Of a stretch of 64,000 nucleotides of DNA, positions 57,740-64,000 are shown one piece after another. The notes beneath the pieces are model-generated. The model was not told the origin of the DNA. It searched no databases and saw nothing but the letters and a program-made list of their open reading frames with translations. Numbering within the stretch: position 1 is the first letter of the stretch; each line of letters opens with the position of its first letter. Origin of the DNA: Patescibacteria group bacterium. GTDB taxonomy: Bacteria > Patescibacteriota > Patescibacteriia > JBHPGJ01. The position numbers and the translations under genes were made by a program. The stretch lies in assembly GCA_042570545.1 (NCBI GenBank), contig JBHPGJ010000003.1, positions 8,214 to 72,213 on the forward strand. Reading direction: 5' to 3'.

Positions 57740-59842
57740 CTAGCTTTTTACCTTTTCTTTGCCGCTTTCGCCAATAATTTCTTCAAGAATATTTTTAGGA
57801 ACTATTGAAAAATGAGAAAATTCCATAGAATAAGATCCTCGACCCTGAGTTAAAGAGCGTATGGTTGTAGAATAACCAAACATACTGGCCAAAGGCACTT
57901 CAGCATCAATTACTTTTATCTGGCCACGATCTTTCATTTCGTTAATAATTGATCGCTTGGAATTAAGATCACCCATGACATCACCCATAAATTGTTCCGT
58001 AGTTATTACTTCCACTTTCATTATTGGTTCTAATAATACTGGTGTACCCTTCTTAACCGCTGACTTGAAGGCCATAGAACCGGCAATTTTAAAAGCTTCT
58101 TCTGAAGAATCAACTTCGTGAAATGATCCGTCATATACCGTCACCTTCACATCAATAACCGGATAGCCGGCAATAACACCGTTGTCCATGGCAGCTTGTA
58201 TGCCCTTATTGATAGCGGGAATGTATTCCTTGGGAATAGCTCCACCCTTAATCTTATCTTCAAACTCATAACCACTGCCTCTTTCTTTGGGCTCAACTCG
58301 AAGCCAACAATGTCCGTATTGTCCACGGCCACCGCTTTGTCGAATATATTTGCCTTCTGCTTCGGCCACTTTACGAATCGTTTCTTTGTAGGCCACTTGT
58401 GGTTTACCAACATTAGCTTCGACTTTGAATTCTCTTTTTAATCGATCAACAATTATTTCTAAATGCAGCTCGCCCATACCAGAAATCAAAGTCTGGCCAG
58501 TTTCTTCATCGGTATTAACCTTAAAGGTCGGATCCTCTTCGGTAAGGTTACCAAGAGCCAGGCCGAGCTTTTCTTGATCAGCCTTGGTCTTTGGTTCAAT
58601 AGCCACCGAGATTACCGGATCTGGAAATTCGATCGATTCAAGAAGTATAAGATTATCTTCATCACAAAGAGTATTACCGGTAGAAGTCTTCTTTAATCCC
58701 ACGGCGGCAGCAATGTCACCAGCCGAAACAGATTTTACTTCTTCACGGTGATTTGCATGTAGTTTTACTATTCGGCCAATCCGCTCTTTGGTCTCGGTAC
58801 TACTATTATAAACGTATGAACCGGCCTCTACTGTACCGGAATACACTCTAAAGAAGGCCAACTTACCAACATATGGATCAGCAGCAATTTTAAATGCTAG
58901 AGCAGCAAAGGATGCTTGGGGATCCGTTGGCCGTTCTAGCTCTTTATCAGTCTTAGGATCAATGCCTTTTACCGGCGGTACATCAAGCGGTGATGGTAAA
59001 TAATCATTTACGGCATCCATTAAAAATTGAATGCCCTTATTCTTTAAGGCTGAACCGGTAAGTACTGGTACGAACTCGTTAGCTATACAGGCTTTACGCA
59101 TTGTCTTTTTTAATTCCTCTATAGTTAGTTCTTGGCCGTCAATATATTTGTTTAATAACTCTTCGTCATTTTCAGCAACGGCCTCCATCAGCTTATGGCG
59201 ATATTCTTTTACTTTTTCTTTCATATCGTCAGGGATCGGTTTTTCCACCCACTCTTTACCCATTTCATCAGTAAATTCATAAGCTTTTTGTTCAACTAAA
59301 TCAATCACTCCGGTAAATGTTTCGGCGGCACCGATGGGTAATTGCACAGGATGAGCTTTTTTGGTTAACCGATCATGAATGCTATCTAAATCAAAATAAA
59401 AATCGGCACCAGTTCGGTCCATCTTATTGATAAAGCAAATTCGTGGAACATCGAACTTATCAGCTTGGTGCCAGACTGTTTCCGACTGTGGTTCTACTCC
59501 AGCTACACCGTCAAATATGACCACACCACCATCAAGGACACGCAAACTGCGTTGAACTTCGACCGTAAAGTCAATATGACCCGGAGTATCAATAATATTT
59601 ATTCGATGATCTTTCCAAAAACAAGTAGTAGCGGCAGCCGTAATGGTGATTCCCCGCTCCTGCTCTTGCTCCATCCAATCCATTTCTGCTTCACCCTCAT
59701 GAACCTCACCAATTTTATGTTTTTTACCAGTATAATAAAGTACCCGCTCGGTCACGGTGGTTTTACCGGCGTCAATATGCGCAATGATACCAATATTTCT
59801 GGTCTTTTCTAAATTGAAATCTAGTGTATTTTCTTCGCTCAT
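57740..59842 (-). CDS. fusA: Elongation factor G
   Basis: 700 aa. [17 protein letters not shown] and NKMD G-motifs, plus domains II-V. Confidence 0.96.
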   Translation of the reverse strand: MSEENTLDFNLEKTRNIGIIAHIDAGKTTVTERVLYYTGKKHKIGEVHEGEAEMDWMEQEQERGITITAAATTCFWKDHRINIIDTPGHIDFTVEVQRSLRVLDGGVVIFDGVAGVEPQSETVWHQADKFDVPRICFINKMDRTGADFYFDLDSIHDRLTKKAHPVQLPIGAAETFTGVIDLVEQKAYEFTDEMGKEWVEKPIPDDMKEKVKEYRHKLMEAVAENDEELLNKYIDGQELTIEELKKTMRKACIANEFVPVLTGSALKNKGIQFLMDAVNDYLPSPLDVPPVKGIDPKTDKELERPTDPQASFAALAFKIAADPYVGKLAFFRVYSGTVEAGSYVYNSSTETKERIGRIVKLHANHREEVKSVSAGDIAAAVGLKKTSTGNTLCDEDNLILLESIEFPDPVISVAIEPKTKADQEKLGLALGNLTEEDPTFKVNTDEETGQTLISGMGELHLEIIVDRLKREFKVEANVGKPQVAYKETIRKVAEAEGKYIRQSGGRGQYGHCWLRVEPKERGSGYEFEDKIKGGAIPKEYIPAINKGIQAAMDNGVIAGYPVIDVKVTVYDGSFHEVDSSEEAFKIAGSMAFKSAVKKGTPVLLEPIMKVEVITTEQFMGDVMGDLNSKRSIINEMKDRGQIKVIDAEVPLASMFGYSTTIRSLTQGRGSYSMEFSHFSIVPKNILEEIIGESGKEKVKS

Positions 59843-59888
59843 ATATAAAGTATAAAAAAGTTCCCGGGGACCGGGAGACGATTAGTCA

Positions 59889-60353
59889 TTAGGCAAAGTG
59901 GGCAAAGGCCCTATTTGATTCAGCCATTCGGTGCACGTCTTCTCGTTTTTTCATTGCTTCGCCTTCTTTTTTCTTGGCAGCCATAATTTCATTAGCTAGT
60001 TTTTGCGACATTGATCCGCCTTTCTTATTTCTGGCAGCACCAATCAACCAGCGCAAGGCTAGTGTAGTTTTTCGTTCACCACGTACTTCTACCGGTACTT
60101 GATAATTTGCACCACCGATACGGCGAGATTTAACTTCCAGGATTGGAGTAACGTTTTTGATAGCCTCTTCAAATATCTCAACTGGATTATTCTTATTATT
60201 GGCAGCCGCTTTATCTAAGGCATCATACACTATTCTTTGAGCCAGGCTTTTTTTGCCCCGGCGCATAACCTGATTGATAAACTTTTGTATCAACAAGGAA
60301 TTATATTTTGGGTCGGCAACTGGAATTCTTTTTTGAGCTGATTTACCGCGCAT
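59889..60353 (-). CDS. rpsG: 30S ribosomal protein S7
   Basis: 154 aa. Canonical position and S7 motifs. Confidence 0.9.
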   Translation of the reverse strand: MRGKSAQKRIPVADPKYNSLLIQKFINQVMRRGKKSLAQRIVYDALDKAAANNKNNPVEIFEEAIKNVTPILEVKSRRIGGANYQVPVEVRGERKTTLALRWLIGAARNKKGGSMSQKLANEIMAAKKKEGEAMKKREDVHRMAESNRAFAHFA

Positions 60354-60775
60354 TATTTACTCTTCTCCTTTTTAGTACCATAATGCGACCGCCGCTGTTT
60401 CCGCTCGGTCACACCTTGAGTATCGTATACTCCTCGGACAACATGATACCTTACTCCTGGTAGATCTTTTACTCGGCCGCCACGAATCATTACGATTGAG
60501 TGTTCCTGCAAATTATGACCAATGCCGGGAATATAAGCAGTAACTTCCATTCCGTTTGAAAGCCTAACTCTGGCAATTTTTCTTAGTGCTGAGTTTGGTT
60601 TTTTGGGAGTGGTAGTGGTTACTTTGACACACACTCCGCGCTTAAATGGACTGCCCTTAGGCAGCTTAGAACGTTTTCGCTTAACGGCGTTTAGTACTGT
60701 CTCCAAGGCTGGAGTTTTTGACTTACGCTTCTGTGTTCTGCGCCCATTTCTTACTAACTGATTAACTGTTGGCAT
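60353..60775 (-). CDS. rpsL: 30S ribosomal protein S12 (Lys-rich C-terminal extension)
   Basis: 140 aa. [13 protein letters not shown]...[18 protein letters not shown]17-TAATTT promoter lies upstream at about 60838-60866 on the minus strand. Confidence 0.92.
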   Translation of the reverse strand: MPTVNQLVRNGRRTQKRKSKTPALETVLNAVKRKRSKLPKGSPFKRGVCVKVTTTTPKKPNSALRKIARVRLSNGMEVTAYIPGIGHNLQEHSIVMIRGGRVKDLPGVRYHVVRGVYDTQGVTERKQRRSHYGTKKEKSK

Positions 60776-60890
60776 TAAATTGTATCGTTGAGATATTCTT
60801 AAAGTTAATTAAATCGAGATGATTTACACCATCGCAACAGAGCAAAATTACCACAAGGCTAGTCTAGTGTCAACCCCGTTACTCGAGGTT

Positions 60891-61526
60891 TTATATCCAA
60901 CCAAAAATTCTAAATACTAAATTAAACACCCATTGGAACATGCCTGACAGTATTCCGATATTTCCTATGTAATCAATAATAATTATAAATAATAGCAGTT
61001 GTGGCCCCAGACGTTCTAAGGTCATACGGAAATTATTAGCCGGACCCAGGAAAGTAAATAATACTTTAGAACCATCAAGAGGATAAATTGGAATCAAATT
61101 AAAGACCATCAACACAATATTGATCAGCACCAGAGTAAATAAAAACTGAATCAATAAATTATCAAATGGCAGCCGCCCGCTAAAAAATGATAAGGCCAGG
61201 CCGAATATAATAATCGATATTAAATTCATAGCTGGTCCAGCCAGGCCAACAAGCATTGATCCGTATTTCTTATTTTTAAGGTTATAGGGATTGTAAGGAG
61301 TTGGTTTGCCCCAACCAAAAAAACCAGTAAGTAGTATCACTATGGTCCCCATAAAGTCCAAATGAGATAAGGGATTTAATGTCAATCGTCCCATACTTTT
61401 AGCCGTATTATCTCCTTGAAGATAGCCAGCCAGGGCATGGCCAAACTCATGAATAGTTATTCCATAGACTAGCGCCAGAAATCTTATGAGAAATAAGGCG
61501 GGATCAGAAAATAAAAGGTTAAACAT
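60891..61526 (-). CDS. M50 (site-2 protease-like) family membrane metalloprotease, native-composition copy
   Basis: 211 aa. HEFGH in TM helix 1 (GITIHEFGHALAG) and NLIPIYPLDGSKV. Confidence 0.7.
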   Translation of the reverse strand: MFNLLFSDPALFLIRFLALVYGITIHEFGHALAGYLQGDNTAKSMGRLTLNPLSHLDFMGTIVILLTGFFGWGKPTPYNPYNLKNKKYGSMLVGLAGPAMNLISIIIFGLALSFFSGRLPFDNLLIQFLFTLVLINIVLMVFNLIPIYPLDGSKVLFTFLGPANNFRMTLERLGPQLLLFIIIIDYIGNIGILSGMFQWVFNLVFRIFGWI

Positions 61527-61595
61527 AATTGCTTGTCAAAATTGATTTTTATGATATACTGCTTGATAAGTCTTATATATAAGCTTTGATTTTTA

Positions 61596-61799
61596 ATGGC
61601 TCAAGTTTGCGAAGTATGTGGCCGACGGAAGCAGAAAGCTATATCCCGCAGCCACTCTAATATCGCCACAAAAAGGTATCAGCATTTAAATTTACAAACT
61701 ATCAATATTGATGGGCGAACTGTACGTGGCTGCACTCAGTGTATAAAGAATCATACCAAGAGTCTTAGCCAAAGCGGCAAACAAAATAAAAAGAATTAA
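61596..61799 (+). CDS. rpmB: 50S ribosomal protein L28 (zinc-ribbon form)
   Basis: 67 aa. CEVCGRRKQKAISRSHSNIATKR...NLQ...CTQC. Confidence 0.8.
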   Translation: MAQVCEVCGRRKQKAISRSHSNIATKRYQHLNLQTINIDGRTVRGCTQCIKNHTKSLSQSGKQNKKN

Positions 61800-61821
61800 T
61801 AACATTGTAACTAATTATTAA

Positions 61822-61856
61822 TAAAAAGACTAGCCGAGCTAGCCTTTTTTGTTTGC
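61822..61856. terminator. Bidirectional intrinsic terminator between the convergent rpmB and cupin genes
   Basis: aaaaagactagccgagctagcctttttt: a palindromic GC stem flanked by an A-run and a T-run. Confidence 0.5.
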
Positions 61857-62046
61857 CCGCCAAAACAAAGAACTGATAGTCAATTATATGACAGCGGGCA
61901 TGAGCTAGTTCTGGATCATTGGATTTCACCATTTTTCCACTCCTAGCTACAACCTTGCTTTTGAGGACACCGAAAATTTAAAAACATAACCGTTATCTGT
62001 CAACCACGGGCACAGCCAAGTTGAACTTGGGTAGTAAATATTATAA

Positions 62047-62418
62047 TTACTTTTTCTTTTCTTCTGATTTGCTTTTCTGTACTAAGCTGTCTTCATATTT
62101 TGGCGGAGCATATACAACTAAAAATTTTAGCGGTTCACTGCCCTCGGCCTTGAAGCGGTACCGAGAACCAGTTGTTATAACTGCGTCATCGCCGGCAGCC
62201 ACTTCAAAGGTATCATTATCTATATGACCGTTACCTTCGCCAGCGACAAAAAAGAAGGCCACGCCGCCATCATGAGTTTGCTCACCAGTGTCTTCTCCTG
62301 GTTTTAAGCTCATAGCCACTAGCTGTATATATTTGCCAGTAGTTATTACCTGACGATAGTTTTCGTTCACCATCGCTGTTTCTAGCATTGATCCGTGGTA
62401 GGCCATAGTTATCCTCAA
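62047..62418 (-). CDS. Cupin-domain protein (paralog of 12884..13270)
   Basis: 123 aa. LVAMSLKPGEDTGEQTHDGGVAFFFVAGEG. Confidence 0.65.
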   Translation of the reverse strand: MRITMAYHGSMLETAMVNENYRQVITTGKYIQLVAMSLKPGEDTGEQTHDGGVAFFFVAGEGNGHIDNDTFEVAAGDDAVITTGSRYRFKAEGSEPLKFLVVYAPPKYEDSLVQKSKSEEKKK

Positions 62419-62519
62419 CCTTATTTCTTACATAATTATTATAGCAAATTAAAAATACAAGACAATAATGATTGCGAATAAACAGAAAACTTATTATACT
62501 ACACCGTGCATTATATATA

Positions 62520-62596
62520 CGGGGTGTAGCGCAGTTGGCTAGCGCGTACGCATGGGGTGCGTGAGGTCGCGGGTTCGAGTCCCGCCACCCCGACCA
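62520..62596 (+). tRNA. tRNA-Pro (anticodon GGG)
   Basis: CGGGGTGTAGCGCAGTTGGCTAGCGCGTACGCATGGGGTGCGTGAGGTCGCGGGTTCGAGTCCCGCCACCCCGACCA. Anticodon loop ATGGGGT. CCA encoded. Confidence 0.85.
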
Positions 62597-62601
62597 AACA
62601 A

Positions 62602-63066
62602 ATGTCACGAATAACAACATTATTAATAATACACAGGGGCGATTACATTCTTTTAGGTTATAAAAAAATCGGTTTTGGTGAAGGCCGATGGAACGGTTTT
62701 GGTGGCAAAGTAGAAGACGGTGAGGATATACAATCAGCGGCCGTCCGAGAAGTTGAGGAAGAGGCGGGCATCACTCCGGTAGGTATTAAGAAAAGGGGTT
62801 TTATCCGATTTTCGTTTGCTGACGATCCGTTGGTGCTTGATATGCATATTTTTAGTGCCAATGACCTTCGGGGCACGATCAAAGAATCAAACGAAATGAT
62901 ACCACGTTGGTTTCACATGAAAAAGGTCCCTTATGAAACAATGTGGCCAGACGATCAACATTGGCTGCCAATTTTTTTACAAGGTAAAAACCTTAAGGGT
63001 CGTTTCCATTTTAAAGACAAGAACCAGATATTACATCACAAACTAGACATTGTTGATATTGTTTAA
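62602..63066 (+). CDS. NUDIX hydrolase (MutT-like). Start at ATG 62602, not the track start 62557, which lies inside the tRNA.
   Basis: Nudix box GGKVEDGEDIQSAAVREVEEEAGI. Confidence 0.8.
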   Translation: MSRITTLLIIHRGDYILLGYKKIGFGEGRWNGFGGKVEDGEDIQSAAVREVEEEAGITPVGIKKRGFIRFSFADDPLVLDMHIFSANDLRGTIKESNEMIPRWFHMKKVPYETMWPDDQHWLPIFLQGKNLKGRFHFKDKNQILHHKLDIVDIV

Positions 63067-63068
63067 AT

Positions 63069-64000
63069 AATTATGAAAAAAATATTACTAATTTTAATAA
63101 TCGCGATTATCATCAGTATTTTGGTATGGTGGGATATTAAAAGCGACAATCCAACTAAAGACAATAATAATAATTTAACCATAGCGGCTAGCATTTATCC
63201 TCTAGCTTATTTTGCTAATGAAGTAGCCGGCAATTTGCCTACCATACATGGAGGTCTAGCCACTGTCCAGGTAGTAACTCCAAATGGCGTTGATCCACAC
63301 GGCTATGAACCGTCGCCAAAGGATATTAGTAGTATATATGAAGCTGACTTATTCATTCTTAATGGCGCTGGCCAAACCCCCTGGGCAGAAGAAATGATAG
63401 ATGAACTGCGAGATAGGAGCGTTGTAGTCTTAAATATGGCAACATATGCCGAGAATATTTGGTTTGAAGATAGAGATATAAGCGCCACTGGAAATGAAGA
63501 AGATGAGCACACAGAGGCGAACGGTAATTTAAACCCTCATTTTTGGCTAGATTTAGAACTGGCACAACTGCAGGTGGAATTAATCAAAGACAGGTTGAGC
63601 GAATTAGATCCTGAAAATAGTGACCAGTACAATAATAATGCCAATAGATTTATTACCGTATTACAGGCTCTTGATGAAAGATACAAAGTTAAGTTATCTA
63701 CTTGTGCCAACCGTAATATCATAGTTTCACATAAAGCCTTTGCCTATCCAGCAGAACGGTATGGCATTAATGTAATTTCTATCGCTGGTATTTCACCAGT
63801 TCAGGAGCCTACCCCGCAGCGTATGGCCGAGTTAATTAATATCACTAAGGAAAAGAATATTAATTACATCTTTTTTGAGACCTTATCCAGTCCGGCTCTA
63901 TCGGAGACCATCGCCAATGAAACGGGAGCCCAGACACTCGTGCTCAATACAATTGGTGGGCTCACTCAAGATGACTGGGTCCGAGGAGTGGATTATATTT
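63069..64000 (+). CDS. Metal (Zn/Mn) ABC transporter substrate-binding protein, ZnuA/TroA-like (partial; runs off the window end)
   Basis: Translation MKKILLILIIAIIISILV...AASIYPLAYFANEVAG...NGVDPHGYEPSPKDI...His/Asp/Glu-rich loop (EEDEHTEANGNLNPHFWLD)...HKAFAY. No stop before position 64000. Confidence 0.75.

Noticed and set aside
62282-62620. 112-aa minus-strand ORF, plus the track start of the NUDIX ORF at 62557
   Set aside because: Both run through the tRNA-Pro gene. The NUDIX gene's true start is the ATG at 62602, just after the tRNA.
1-64000. CRISPR arrays, IS elements/transposases, integrases and phage genes
   Set aside because: No direct-repeat/spacer periodicity, no DDE/HTH transposase-like ORFs and no integrase next to the three tRNAs were seen. 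The GC-rich islands lack flanking inverted or direct repeats that I could detect by eye.

Overview
This window looks like a low-GC (about 38-40%) bacterial chromosome segment with Candidate Phyla Radiation/Patescibacteria-like features. Between S5 (rpsE) and L15 (rplO) there is no L30 gene. Many r-proteins carry lysine-rich extensions, and the genes are compact and overlapping. The placement is inferred from sequence only; no search was run.

Layout, 5' to 3':
- A heat-shock locus: a partial dnaK, a zinc-ribbon ORF, then hsp20, grpE and hrcA driven by a consensus sigma70 promoter followed by a perfect CIRCE operator.
- About 30 kb of envelope and secreted proteins, interspersed with short high-GC (52-55%) islands of one or two genes each, and one orphan GC-rich transcript candidate.
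- Housekeeping genes: gap, tpiA, scpAB, a ybaK-like deacylase, aspS, asnS, a P-type ATPase, dnaB, ybaB, recR and rplU.
- A canonical r-protein cluster on the minus strand: rpsL-rpsG-fusA-tuf-rpsJ-rplC...rplO-secY-adk-map.
- Then a second M50 protease, rpmB, a cupin, tRNA-Pro, a NUDIX gene and a partial znuA-like gene.

The envelope and secreted set comprises:
- a secreted Cys-rich protein with a C-terminal double-TM anchor
- a tandem paralog pair of membrane-anchored proteins
- a DsbA / double-DUF1573 / small Cys-rich TM protein operon
- a 4-TM two-repeat protein with paired Cys in outward loops
- a 1487-aa C25 (gingipain-like) protease fused to an FG-GAP beta-propeller
- a 790-aa protein with tandem N-terminal dockerins, DUF11-like repeats and a LAXTG C-terminal sorting signal
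- a 563-aa FN3 protein.

Three tRNAs are present: Glu-CUC, Lys-UUU and Pro-GGG.

The most unusual signals are:
- the scattered GC-rich islands, which include a second M50 protease and a promoter-plus-terminator-bounded ~310-nt transcript of unknown class
- the thiol-redox envelope gene set, which lacks a recognisable DsbB or VKOR
- the giant multi-domain surface proteins with a class-E-sortase-type signal
- a structured intergenic element between rpsJ and rplC.
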